Assembly (NCBI GenBank): GCA_036568405.1
Contig: DATCSR010000001.1
Coordinates: 34,684 to 98,683 of the forward strand
Direction of reading: 5' to 3'
Source of the DNA: Roseovarius sp.
Lineage (GTDB): Bacteria; Pseudomonadota; Alphaproteobacteria; Rhodobacterales; Rhodobacteraceae
Length of the DNA stretch: 64,000 nucleotides
Below, piece after piece: positions 19,201 through 28,381 of this stretch. The notes below the pieces were generated by a model. That model searched no databases, was not told where the DNA came from, and saw only the letters and a list, made by a program, of their open reading frames with translations. A program made the position numbers and the translations under genes. Within the stretch, counting starts at the first letter, position 1. Each line of letters begins with the position of its first letter.

Positions 19201-19220
19201 CGTAGGGCGCCGTTGCCGCC

Positions 19221-20621
19221 ATGCCGCCCGCAAGCGGCCTTAATTTGTGCATGATTGGCAGGCAGGGTGTGCAAGACATGTCCCTGACCAGCCGAGGCCG
19301 CGCCCCGATGAACATGCAAGTGACCCCGCAGGGCGTGCAGCCCCCGCCGCCGCCGACCACGATCGAAGACATGCGTCTGAGTGTCGTGATGATGCGTGAC
19401 ATCCTGTTGAAAACCATTTTCCGCAAGAACGTCGACATGGTTAGCGAGATCGCCGTTGCCATCTGCCTGCCGCGTACCGTAACGCAAGAGCTGGTGGACC
19501 TCGCACGCGACCAGCGCCTGCTGGAGGCGACCGGCACGCTCAGCGCCACGTCTGGCAGCGAGATGGCTTATCAGCTGACCGATGCAGGCAAGGCCCGCGC
19601 GCTGGACGCGCTGGCGCAGTCCGAATATTTCGGCCCCATGCCCGTGCCACTGGCTGTCTATGCCGAGCAGGTCAAACGCCAGTCGATCCGCAATATCCAG
19701 ATCACCCGCGACCAGCTGACCGGCGCGATGGGCCATCTGGTTTTGCCGCCCAGCCTGCTGGACCAGCTTGGCCCCGCCGTCAGCGCCGGCCGCTCGATCC
19801 TGATGTATGGCCCTCCGGGCAACGGTAAATCCAGTATTTCCAACGGCATCCGCGACGCGATGGGCGACAGGATCTATGTGCCCATGGCCATCGAATACGC
19901 AGGCCAGGTGATCACCGTTTACGACCCGATCGTCCATTCCAAAGCCGAGGCGGAATCGGATGATCCGAACAGCTTGCGCCGCCGCCGCACCTTTGACGCG
20001 CGCTATGTGCGCTGCGAGCGGCCTACCGTCATTACCGGGGGCGAATTGACGCTGGACATGCTGGATCTGGTCTACAACCCGACCGCACGCACTTATCAGG
20101 CATCCTTGCAGCTGAAATCGACGGGCGGAATTTTCATCGTCGACGACCTTGGCCGTCAGGCCGAACCCCCGCAGAATCTGGTCAACCGCTGGATCGTCCC
20201 ATTGGAGGAATCCAAGGATATTCTCGCGCTCCAATCGGGCGAAAAGTTCGAGGTGCCTTTTGATACGCTGGCGATCTTCTCGACCAACTTTCACCCCAAC
20301 AAGATCTTCGATCAGGCCGCCCTGCGCCGGATTTTCTACAAGATCAAGATCGACGGACCCAGTCAGGCCGATTTCCTGAAAATCTTTGCCATGGTCGCGC
20401 GCAAGAAACAGATGCCGCTGAACGAGCCCGCATTGGTTCACCTGCTGAAGAAGAAATACCCGGAAATCCACAACGTCTACGCGAACTATCAGCCGGTTTT
20501 CCTGATCGACCAGATGATCTCGATCTGCGAATTCGAAGGCATCCCCTACCAGATGACCCCCGAATTGATCGACCGCGCCTGGGCCAACATGTTTGTCGAG
20601 GACAGCGAAATCATCAATTGA
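19221..20621 (+). CDS. AAA+ ATPase of unknown role with a helix-turn-helix-like N-terminal region
   Basis: Walker A ILMYGPPGNGKSS, Walker B GGIFIVDDLGRQ, and classic AAA sensor region IFSTNFHPNKIFDQAALRRIFYKIKIDGP. The start is uncertain (19221, 19278 or 19308). Confidence 0.8.
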   Translation: MPPASGLNLCMIGRQGVQDMSLTSRGRAPMNMQVTPQGVQPPPPPTTIEDMRLSVVMMRDILLKTIFRKNVDMVSEIAVAICLPRTVTQELVDLARDQRLLEATGTLSATSGSEMAYQLTDAGKARALDALAQSEYFGPMPVPLAVYAEQVKRQSIRNIQITRDQLTGAMGHLVLPPSLLDQLGPAVSAGRSILMYGPPGNGKSSISNGIRDAMGDRIYVPMAIEYAGQVITVYDPIVHSKAEAESDDPNSLRRRRTFDARYVRCERPTVITGGELTLDMLDLVYNPTARTYQASLQLKSTGGIFIVDDLGRQAEPPQNLVNRWIVPLEESKDILALQSGEKFEVPFDTLAIFSTNFHPNKIFDQAALRRIFYKIKIDGPSQADFLKIFAMVARKKQMPLNEPALVHLLKKKYPEIHNVYANYQPVFLIDQMISICEFEGIPYQMTPELIDRAWANMFVEDSEIIN

Positions 20622-20676
20622 CGCGCGCGACATAAAATTTTTCGCGAAAACTCCGCGCGCGCCCTACATAGGCGGC

Positions 20677-23088
20677 ATGACCACTCTGCCCCCACACTTC
20701 ACCGACTGGTTCGCCGCGCGCGGCTGGTCGGTGCATCCGCACCAGCAGGCAATGCTGGACCGCAGCCAGGATCCGTCCCTGCTGCTGATCGCCCCCACCG
20801 GCGGCGGCAAGACGCTGGCCGGGTTCCTGCCGACGCTGGTCGAACTCAGCGAGGGCGGGCACAATGGCTTGCACACGCTCTATATTTCCCCGCTCAAGGC
20901 GCTGGCCAATGACATCCGCCGCAATCTGACCACGCCCGTCACCGAAATGGGCCTGCCCATCCGGATCGAGGATCGCACCGGAGACACGTCCTATACGCAA
21001 AAGCGCCGCCAGCGCGCTGATCCGCCCGATATCCTGCTGACAACCCCCGAAAGCCTGGCGCTGTTGACCTCCTACGAGGACGCGCCGCGCATCTTTGCCG
21101 GGCTCGAACGCGTGGTGATCGACGAAATCCACGCATTGGCCGAAAGCAAGCGAGGCGATCAGCTGATGCTGGCGCTGTCACGCCTGCAAGCGCTCTGCCC
21201 CGATTTGCGGCGCGTCGGCCTCTCGGCCACGGTCGAGGACCCCGCCGCCATCGCGCAGTTTCTGGCACGCCACCCCGATCCGTGCGAGATTATCATGGCC
21301 GATCCCGGCCCCGATCCTGATATCCGGATGCTGGAGGTGGCCGAGGCGCCGCCTTGGTCCGGTGGCGGCGCGGCCTACGCAATCCCTGCGGTGCTGGAGC
21401 AGATCAAGGCACACAACACGACGCTGGTTTTCCACAACACCCGCGCGCAAGCCGAGATTTTCTTTCGCAATCTATGGCTGGCTAATGACGGCAATCTGGC
21501 CATCGGCATCCACCACGGCAGTCTCGACCGCACTCGGCGGCAGCGGGTCGAGGGCGCCATGCAGCGCGGCGAATTGCGCGCCATTGTCTGCACCGGCAGC
21601 CTCGATCTGGGCATCGACTGGGGCGATGTGGATCTGGTCATCCAGGTCGGTGCGCCGAAGAACGTCAAGCGTCTGGTGCAGCGGATCGGACGTGCGAACC
21701 ACCGCTACAATGCTCCGTCCAAGGCGCTTTTGGTGCCTGCCAACCGCTTTGAAGTGGTCGAATGTGTCGCCGCGTTGCAGGCCGTGCGCGAACGCGATCT
21801 GGACGGCGATCCGCGCGGGCCCGGCCCGCTGGATGTCTTGTGCCAGCATATCCTGATTGCCGCCTGCGCCGCGCCGTTCGACGCGAATCGCCTCTATGCC
21901 GAGGTCACAACAGCCGGTCCCTATGCCGCCCTCGCCCGCGCCGATTTCGACGATTGCCTCGATTTCTGCGCCACCGGCGGCTACGCCCTGCGCGCCTATG
22001 ATAAATGGCAGCGGCTGGTCCAGCGGGATGGCCTGTGGCGCTTGCGCGATCCGCGCGCCGCCCAGATCATCCGCATGAACATCGGCACGATCCAGGACAC
22101 CGACCTGCTCAAGGTCCGCATGCAGCGCGCGCGCGGCGGCAAGCCGCTGGGCGAGGTCGAGGAGGCGTTCGCCGCCACCCTCACCCCCGGCGATACGTTC
22201 CTGATCGGCGGGCAAATCGTGCGCTACGAATCCCTGCGCGAGATGACCGTCGAAGTCAGCCACTCGGACGGCAAGAAGCCCAAGATTGCCACTTTCGGCG
22301 GCACCAAATTCGCCACCTCAACGCAACTCAGCCAGCGCATCCTCGCCATGCTCGCACAGCCCGATTGGCCCGCCCTGCCCGCGCATACGGCGGACTGGCT
22401 GCACCTTCAGCGTCGCGTGTCGCGGATGCCGATGGCGGGGCGCCTGCTGATCGAAAGCTTTCCGCATGACGGGCGCGAACATGCCTGTATCTACGGCTTT
22501 GCCGGGCGCAATGCGCAGCAGACGCTGGGCCTGCTGATCACCAAGCGGATGGAGGAGTTGGGCCTCGATCCGCTGGGCTTTGTCTCGACCGATTACGCCA
22601 CGCTGATCTGGGGGTTGGAGCCGCTGATGGATGCGGCCCCGCTGTTTGCGCCCGGCGCGCTACGCCAAGGTCTGGACCAGTGGCTGACCGGCAACGCGGT
22701 GATGAAACGCACCTTTCGCGCCTCGGCCACCATTGCCGGGCTGATCAACCGCAACCTTCCGCAGGCGCGAAAATCGGGGCGGCAGGCGACGTTTTCGTCC
22801 GATATCCTCTATGACACGCTGGTCAAATACGACCCCGATCACCTGCTGCTGCGCATCACGAGGACCGAGGCGATGCGCGGCCTTGTCGATTTTGGCCGGA
22901 TCGAGGAGATGATCGCGCGCGTTCAGGGCCGCATCGACCTCATCCGCCTGCCCCGCGTCACCCCACTGGCCGCGCCGCTGTTTCTGGAGGCGGGGCGCAC
23001 CCCCGTCAGCGGCGCTGGCGAAGAACGCCTGCTGGCGCAGGAGTCCGCCCGGCTGATGCAGGAGGCGGGGCTGGCTCAGGTGCCTTGA
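20677..23088 (+). CDS. Lhr-core-like DEXH-box helicase (ligase-associated DNA damage response type)
   Basis: Motif I APTGGGKTLAG, motif II VVIDEIHAL, and a second RecA domain (HHGSLDRTRRQRVE...VQRIGRANH). ATG 20677 gives MTTLPPHFTDWFAARGW. Confidence 0.85.
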   Translation: MTTLPPHFTDWFAARGWSVHPHQQAMLDRSQDPSLLLIAPTGGGKTLAGFLPTLVELSEGGHNGLHTLYISPLKALANDIRRNLTTPVTEMGLPIRIEDRTGDTSYTQKRRQRADPPDILLTTPESLALLTSYEDAPRIFAGLERVVIDEIHALAESKRGDQLMLALSRLQALCPDLRRVGLSATVEDPAAIAQFLARHPDPCEIIMADPGPDPDIRMLEVAEAPPWSGGGAAYAIPAVLEQIKAHNTTLVFHNTRAQAEIFFRNLWLANDGNLAIGIHHGSLDRTRRQRVEGAMQRGELRAIVCTGSLDLGIDWGDVDLVIQVGAPKNVKRLVQRIGRANHRYNAPSKALLVPANRFEVVECVAALQAVRERDLDGDPRGPGPLDVLCQHILIAACAAPFDANRLYAEVTTAGPYAALARADFDDCLDFCATGGYALRAYDKWQRLVQRDGLWRLRDPRAAQIIRMNIGTIQDTDLLKVRMQRARGGKPLGEVEEAFAATLTPGDTFLIGGQIVRYESLREMTVEVSHSDGKKPKIATFGGTKFATSTQLSQRILAMLAQPDWPALPAHTADWLHLQRRVSRMPMAGRLLIESFPHDGREHACIYGFAGRNAQQTLGLLITKRMEELGLDPLGFVSTDYATLIWGLEPLMDAAPLFAPGALRQGLDQWLTGNAVMKRTFRASATIAGLINRNLPQARKSGRQATFSSDILYDTLVKYDPDHLLLRITRTEAMRGLVDFGRIEEMIARVQGRIDLIRLPRVTPLAAPLFLEAGRTPVSGAGEERLLAQESARLMQEAGLAQVP

Positions 23089-23486
23089 ATGGATTCCAGA
23101 TAGGCCAGCAGCGCGGCCAAGGGGCGCGGCGTCGGCGTCATCACGCCGTCCTCGGTCTGCACCGGGACAGTATCGCCTTCGAGCAACGCACCGAATTCCG
23201 GCATCTGCTCGCCGGGGATCTGCGTGCGGTGATAACCGTCGATGGTGGACAGCACCCGAGCGCGCGGGAATTTTCCCTGGCTGGACAGCTGGGTCAGATC
23301 CGTTGGTGCGGGCGTCATGCCTTCGGCCCACGGTCCGTCGCCCTTGCCCGCAGGGCCATGACATTGAACGCAATTCTCGACATAGAGCCTGCGGCCCTCA
23401 TCGGCCTCGGGCATGGAATCGGTCTGCATGCAGGCCGCCAGAACGCCAAGCCCGCCCAGCCCGGCCGCCATCATTGCGTATTTCAT
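23076..23486 (-). CDS. Class I c-type cytochrome, probable lipoprotein
   Basis: Lipobox-like VLAAC. Heme motif CVQCHGPAGKG. The 3' end overlaps the helicase 3' end by 13 nt (convergent). Confidence 0.85.
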   Translation of the reverse strand: MKYAMMAAGLGGLGVLAACMQTDSMPEADEGRRLYVENCVQCHGPAGKGDGPWAEGMTPAPTDLTQLSSQGKFPRARVLSTIDGYHRTQIPGEQMPEFGALLEGDTVPVQTEDGVMTPTPRPLAALLAYLESIQGT

Positions 23487-23540
23487 TGCCGTCTCCTTTG
23501 CCTCGGAAATATCACGTCCAGCGGTCTGCGCCGCCTTTGA

Positions 23541-25115
23541 TCAGACGAACTTGCCAGCCAATGCGTCGTTGATCAACTGCACAGTTTCATCGACGCCGTA
23601 AAGCGCGATAAACCCGCCGAAGCGCGGCCCTTGCGACGCGCCCAGAAGCACCTCGTAGAGCGCCTTGAACCAGCCCTTCAGCGGATCAAAACGGTCGCGG
23701 CCGACGCCGTAGACCACCGATTGCAGCGCCTCGTCATCGCGCGGCCCATCATAGGCAGCCAGCTGGTCGCGCAGATCTGTCAGCGCCTCGCGCTCCAGAT
23801 CGGTCGGTGCGCGGTACACTTTGGCCGGTTTCACGAAATCGGTGTAATAGCGCAGCGCGTGGCCGACGGCCTGATCCATGTCGGGGTTCGTCTCGGCGCT
23901 GGCATCTGGCGCATAGCGCTGAATGAAGCCCCACAGCTGGTCCTTACGCTCGGCCCCGGCGACCGAGGCAAGGTTCAGCAACATCGAGAACGGCACGACC
24001 ATGCGGCTTTCCGGCACGTCGCCGCCGTGGATGTGCCACACCGGATTATTCAGCCGCGCCGCCGTATCCTGCCCCGCATATGCACGCAGTTGCTGATGAT
24101 ATTCGTCCACCGCCTTGGGGATCACGTCGAAATGCATCCGCTTGGCGGTCTTGGGCTTGAGATACATGAAATAGCTCAGCGACTCGGTCGAGGCATAGGT
24201 CAGCCATTCGTCGATGCTGATGCCATTGCCCGAGGATTTCGAGATTTTTTGACCCTTCTCGTCCAGAAACAGCTCGTAGATGAAATGCTCAGGCCGCTTG
24301 CCGCCAAGGATCTCGCAGATGCCGTCATAGATCGGCGTGTTGGTGCTGTGATCCTTGCCATACATCTCGAAATCGACGCCCAGCGCAGCCCAGCGGGCGC
24401 CAAAATCGGGCTTCCACTGCAATTTCACATTGCCGCCCGTGACCGGCAGCGTCATTTCCTGCCCGTCTTCGGTATCGAACGTGATGGTGCCCTTAGCCGC
24501 ATCGACATGCTTGATCGGCACATAGAGAACCCGGCCCGTTTCGGGGTGGATCGGCAGGAAGATCGAATAGGTCTGGCGCCGCTCGTCGCGCAAGCTTTTC
24601 AGCATGACTTTCATCACGTCGTCATAGCGCCCGGCGGCGCGCAAAAGCACCTCGTCAAACTGGCCGGAGCGGTAGAATTCGGTGGCGGAGATGAATTCGT
24701 ATTCGAACCCGAATGTGTCCAGAAACCGGCGCAGCATTGCGTTGTTGTGCGCGCCAAAGCTGTCGTGCGTGCCAAACGGATCGGGCACCGATGTCAGCGG
24801 CTTTTGCAGATGCTCGGCCAGCGCCTCGCGGTCCGGCACGTTGCCGGGCACCTTGCGCATACCGTCCAGATCGTCGGAAAAACAGATCAGGCGCGTCGGA
24901 ATATCGCTGATCACCTCGAACGCGCGGCGGATCATCGTGGTGCGCAGCACCTCTCCAAAGGTGCCGATATGCGGCAGGCCAGAGGGGCCATAGCCCGTCT
25001 CGAACAGCACGTAACCCTTCTCGGGGGCCTTCTTCTCATACCGTTTCAGCAGCCGGCGCGCTTCTTCGAATGGCCAGGCTTTCGAGGTCATTGCAGCGTC
25101 GCGCAGATCGGACAT
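23541..25115 (-). CDS. lysK: Lysine--tRNA ligase, class I
   Basis: From the internal ATG (25115): [23 protein letters not shown]...[18 protein letters not shown] (HIGH-type) and KISKSSGNG (KMSKS-type). Confidence 0.9.
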   Translation of the reverse strand: MSDLRDAAMTSKAWPFEEARRLLKRYEKKAPEKGYVLFETGYGPSGLPHIGTFGEVLRTTMIRRAFEVISDIPTRLICFSDDLDGMRKVPGNVPDREALAEHLQKPLTSVPDPFGTHDSFGAHNNAMLRRFLDTFGFEYEFISATEFYRSGQFDEVLLRAAGRYDDVMKVMLKSLRDERRQTYSIFLPIHPETGRVLYVPIKHVDAAKGTITFDTEDGQEMTLPVTGGNVKLQWKPDFGARWAALGVDFEMYGKDHSTNTPIYDGICEILGGKRPEHFIYELFLDEKGQKISKSSGNGISIDEWLTYASTESLSYFMYLKPKTAKRMHFDVIPKAVDEYHQQLRAYAGQDTAARLNNPVWHIHGGDVPESRMVVPFSMLLNLASVAGAERKDQLWGFIQRYAPDASAETNPDMDQAVGHALRYYTDFVKPAKVYRAPTDLEREALTDLRDQLAAYDGPRDDEALQSVVYGVGRDRFDPLKGWFKALYEVLLGASQGPRFGGFIALYGVDETVQLINDALAGKFV

Positions 25116-25237
25116 GAGGTGCTCCAGGTTTCGGGCCGCCGCGCGGATACGCGGATGGCATCGCCGCTTCCTATTGCCGAGGGGGGCGAAGGTCAATAAT
25201 CTGCGCCCGAAGACCACCCATCGCAAAGGAAATCCCA

Positions 25238-25663
25238 ATGAACGACACCGCGACGCACCCGCTGAGCGCGCAGGACTGCCTGGTGGCCGTCATGATCGCG
25301 GTTTCCGCCTCGGATGAGCGGATTCAAACCGCCGAACTGGTCAAGATCGAAACTGCGGTGAACAATCTGCCAATTTTCGGCGATTATGACGAAGATCGCG
25401 TGAATTTCGTGGCGCAGACGGTGTTCGATCTGTTTTCGGACGAGGACGGGCTGGACGCCCTTTTCGGCCTGATCCGCGACAACCTGCCCGAACGCCTGTT
25501 CGAGACGGCTTATGCGCTGGCCTGCGACGTCGCCGCCGCCGACGGCACGCTCGCCGACACCGAACTGCGCCTGCTGGAAGAAATCCGCTACGAGCTGGAC
25601 CTCGACCGCCTGCATGCCGCCGCGATCGAACGCGGGGCGCGTGCGCGTCACATGAGCCTGTGA
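25238..25663 (+). CDS. TerB-like (tellurite-resistance TerB family) protein
   Basis: Paired helical repeats with acidic motifs ([17 protein letters not shown]...; [20 protein letters not shown]). Confidence 0.7.
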   Translation: MNDTATHPLSAQDCLVAVMIAVSASDERIQTAELVKIETAVNNLPIFGDYDEDRVNFVAQTVFDLFSDEDGLDALFGLIRDNLPERLFETAYALACDVAAADGTLADTELRLLEEIRYELDLDRLHAAAIERGARARHMSL

Positions 25664-25694
25664 CAGATCGTAAAAATCAAAAGGATATCCGCCA

Positions 25695-25931
25695 ATGCGT
25701 TGCGTTTTCGTAAACATCCGCTGCAAGCCCGGCACCTCCTACAAGGTGGCCGAGGAAATCGCCCTGCGCGAAGTCCATTCCGAGCTGTATTCCACCTCGG
25801 GCCCCTTCGATTTGTTGCTGAAACTCTACATCCCGGACAGCGAGGACGTGGGCAAGTTCATCAACGAAAACCTGCTGCATATCCCGAATATCGAGCGCAC
25901 AGAAACCACCCTTACATTCAAGGCGTTCTAG
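25695..25931 (+). CDS. Stand-alone Lrp/AsnC-type ligand-binding (RAM) domain protein, no HTH
   Basis: A 78-aa protein, MRCVFVNIRCKPGTSYKVAEEIALREVHSELYSTSGPFDLLLKLYIP..., with a typical RAM beta-alpha-beta-beta-alpha-beta pattern. Confidence 0.7.
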   Translation: MRCVFVNIRCKPGTSYKVAEEIALREVHSELYSTSGPFDLLLKLYIPDSEDVGKFINENLLHIPNIERTETTLTFKAF

Positions 25932-25934
25932 GCA

Positions 25935-27341
25935 ATGCTGGACAAACTTCGCGATCTCATCGGCGCGGCCAACGTCCTGACCGGCAGCGACATGGACAGC
26001 TATGCGCGCGACTGGTCCGGCGCGCCTCAGGGCACGCCGCTGGCCGTCGCCCGCCCCGGATCGACCGCCGAGGTGTCGGCCATCGTCAAGCTGGCGAACC
26101 AGACGGGCACGGCCATCGTGCCGATCTCGGGCAATACCGGCCTGACCGGCGCTACATCAGCCGATGGTGCGCTGCTGCTGTCAATGGGCCGCATGTCGAA
26201 AATCCGCGAAATCCGCCCCTCCAGCCGCCTCGCCATTGTCGAAGCGGGCGCGATTCTGGCCAGCATCCATGACGCGGTGGCCGAACACGGCCTGATTTTT
26301 CCGCTGTTTTTCGGCGCGCGCGGGTCGGCGATGATCGGCGGCGCGCTGTCGACCAACGCGGGCGGCTCGAACGTGCTGCGTTATGGCAACACGCGCGATC
26401 TGTGCCTTGGGATCGAGGCGGTGCTGCCCACGGGTGAGGTGATCGACCTGATGCGCCAGCTGCACAAGGACAATTCCGGCTATGACCTGCGCCATCTGCT
26501 GATCGGCGCCGAGGGCACGCTGGGCATCATCACCGCCGCGGTGATCAAGCTGTTCCCCGCGCCGCTGGCCAATGCCACCGCGATGGTCGCCGTGCCGCGC
26601 GTGGGCGATGCGCTGACCCTTCTGAACCGTTTGCAGCAGGAAACGGGCGGCGCCGTTCAGGCGTTTGAATACATGCCACGCGCGTATATCGAAACCCACC
26701 TGAAGCAGTCGCCGGGTGCGCGCGCGCCCTTCGACGACCGCTATGACGTGAATATCATGGTCGAGGTCGGCGCCACCGCGCCGCGCGACGCCGTGCCGGA
26801 CGAAGACGGGCAGATCCCCATCGCCGCCCATCTGGAAAACGTCCTTGCGGCCTTGTTCGAAGAGGGCGCGATCCTCGATGCCGTGGTCGCCCAGAACGAG
26901 GCGCAGCGCCGCGAGATGTGGGCCCGGCGCGAGGCCGCAGCCGAAGTGATGACCTACCAGACGCCGCATGTGGACCGCGACATCGCCGTGCCGGTCGACC
27001 GCATGCAAGAGTTTCTGGACCGCGTGGCGGAGATTATCACCGAACTCGACCCTGGCGCGCAGGACGTATCGGTTGCACATCTGGGCGATGGAAACCTGCA
27101 TCTTGGCGTGTTTCCCACTCGGGATGACGACGATCTTTGTCAGAAGATAGGCGACATGGCCGAGGACGCCGCCGTTGCAATGGGCGGCAGTTTTTCGGCC
27201 GAACATGGCATCGGCCTGAAAAAACGCGCCGCGATGGCGCGGCACAAAAACCCGGCCGCCATGGCCGCGATGCGCACGATCAAGGCGGCGCTGGACCCCA
27301 AGGGTATTATGAACCCCGGTAAGGTTCTGCCGGATATCTAA
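25935..27341 (+). CDS. FAD-binding oxidoreductase (GlcD / D-2-hydroxyacid dehydrogenase family)
   Basis: FAD_binding_4-type N-domain (VARPGSTAEVSAIVKLANQTGTAIVPISGNTGLTG). C-terminal SAEHGIGLKK...LDPKGIMNPGKV. Confidence 0.85.
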   Translation: MLDKLRDLIGAANVLTGSDMDSYARDWSGAPQGTPLAVARPGSTAEVSAIVKLANQTGTAIVPISGNTGLTGATSADGALLLSMGRMSKIREIRPSSRLAIVEAGAILASIHDAVAEHGLIFPLFFGARGSAMIGGALSTNAGGSNVLRYGNTRDLCLGIEAVLPTGEVIDLMRQLHKDNSGYDLRHLLIGAEGTLGIITAAVIKLFPAPLANATAMVAVPRVGDALTLLNRLQQETGGAVQAFEYMPRAYIETHLKQSPGARAPFDDRYDVNIMVEVGATAPRDAVPDEDGQIPIAAHLENVLAALFEEGAILDAVVAQNEAQRREMWARREAAAEVMTYQTPHVDRDIAVPVDRMQEFLDRVAEIITELDPGAQDVSVAHLGDGNLHLGVFPTRDDDDLCQKIGDMAEDAAVAMGGSFSAEHGIGLKKRAAMARHKNPAAMAAMRTIKAALDPKGIMNPGKVLPDI

Positions 27342-27541
27342 GCCTTTCTTAAGTATTTCTGGAACAGTGAAAGGGTTTCAGCCCGTCTAGACTGAGCATT
27401 CTTTTGCGGCGGCGCTGACATCTGCGATGCCGCGCCTGCTGATCTGCCGGTACGTGTTGAGCCAATTTCTTCTACCGCGACCGCGCTAGCTTCGTAGAGA
27501 CTTGTTGGGGTATTTCTCGCATCGGGGTCGGCAGACGGTCG

Positions 27542-28381
27542 TTATGTGGCGCCGTGTTGAGTCAAGCGCTTGCGCGAGGTTACCGCGCCGCCACCCTCGG
27601 CCCTGATCCGGGCGATCGCGGCCTCCAGTTTCTCGATGCTGACGGCCATGTGGTAGGCGTTTGCGTGCAGGATACGGCCCGCATCAAGCACCCAGGCAAC
27701 ATGGCCGCGCCAGAACAGCAGATCGCCGCGGCGCATGTCGGCATCATGGTCCAAGGCGTTGCCCAGCGCCGCCTCTTGCATGTCGCTGTCGCCGGGGCAG
27801 GCCACTCCGCAGGCGCGGCAGGCCGCCTGTACAAGCCCCGAACAGTCGATCCCGAAGGCCGAATTGCCGCCCCAGAGGTAGGGAACGCCGATATATCGCT
27901 CGGCCACGGCGACGGGATCGGATTCGGCCATCGGCAGGGGGGCAAGGTGCTGCACCGGGATATGGCCCAGCGACGTTTCAGCCCAATTTCCCGTTTGCGA
28001 CAGGACAGCAATGCGCGACAGGTGGCTGAGCGTCGCGCGTTCGGGCGATTTCAGGTCGGGCGCGGTGTAGCCATGCGTGGCGCGGGCTGCAATCCAATGG
28101 GTCGGGGGCGCGCCCTCGTGCAGCGCATCCTCGCGCAAATAGCCGACATAGCCATCCTCGGCCCGCACGAAGGCCCAGCCCTCATGCATCTCGTAGCAGG
28201 TGACCGGGGCGCCCGTCAGCAACTGGCGCAATCGCCTGCCATGCGGCGCGTGCAGCAGGTCGGCCACGGGCGCAGACACCTGACGCGCCGCGCCGTCTGT
28301 ATAGCGGGGGGCCGCGATCTGCCCGCGCAGTGCGGCATCCGCGACACGTGCGTTGGCCGGGGTCAGGCGCGGATCGCTCAC
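27542..28381 (-). CDS. NlpC/P60 (C40) cell-wall peptidase with N-terminal SH3-like region
   Basis: GVPYLWGGNSAFGIDCSGLVQ catalytic Cys motif and downstream His. The start overlaps the stop of the upstream peptidase gene. Confidence 0.8.
   Translation of the reverse strand: MSDPRLTPANARVADAALRGQIAAPRYTDGAARQVSAPVADLLHAPHGRRLRQLLTGAPVTCYEMHEGWAFVRAEDGYVGYLREDALHEGAPPTHWIAARATHGYTAPDLKSPERATLSHLSRIAVLSQTGNWAETSLGHIPVQHLAPLPMAESDPVAVAERYIGVPYLWGGNSAFGIDCSGLVQAACRACGVACPGDSDMQEAALGNALDHDADMRRGDLLFWRGHVAWVLDAGRILHANAYHMAVSIEKLEAAIARIRAEGGGAVTSRKRLTQHGAT

Noticed and set aside
19188-20633. 481-aa ORF antisense to the AAA+ gene, and similarly 17838..18833 antisense to the TPR gene and 23631..25199 antisense to lysK
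   Set aside because: The same shadow-frame composition applies. The sense-strand genes carry recognisable motifs.
25238-25663. TerB protein considered as part of a tellurite-resistance or phage-defence ter cluster
   Set aside because: No terZ/A/C/D/E or associated genes are nearby. It is a solitary small TerB-fold protein.
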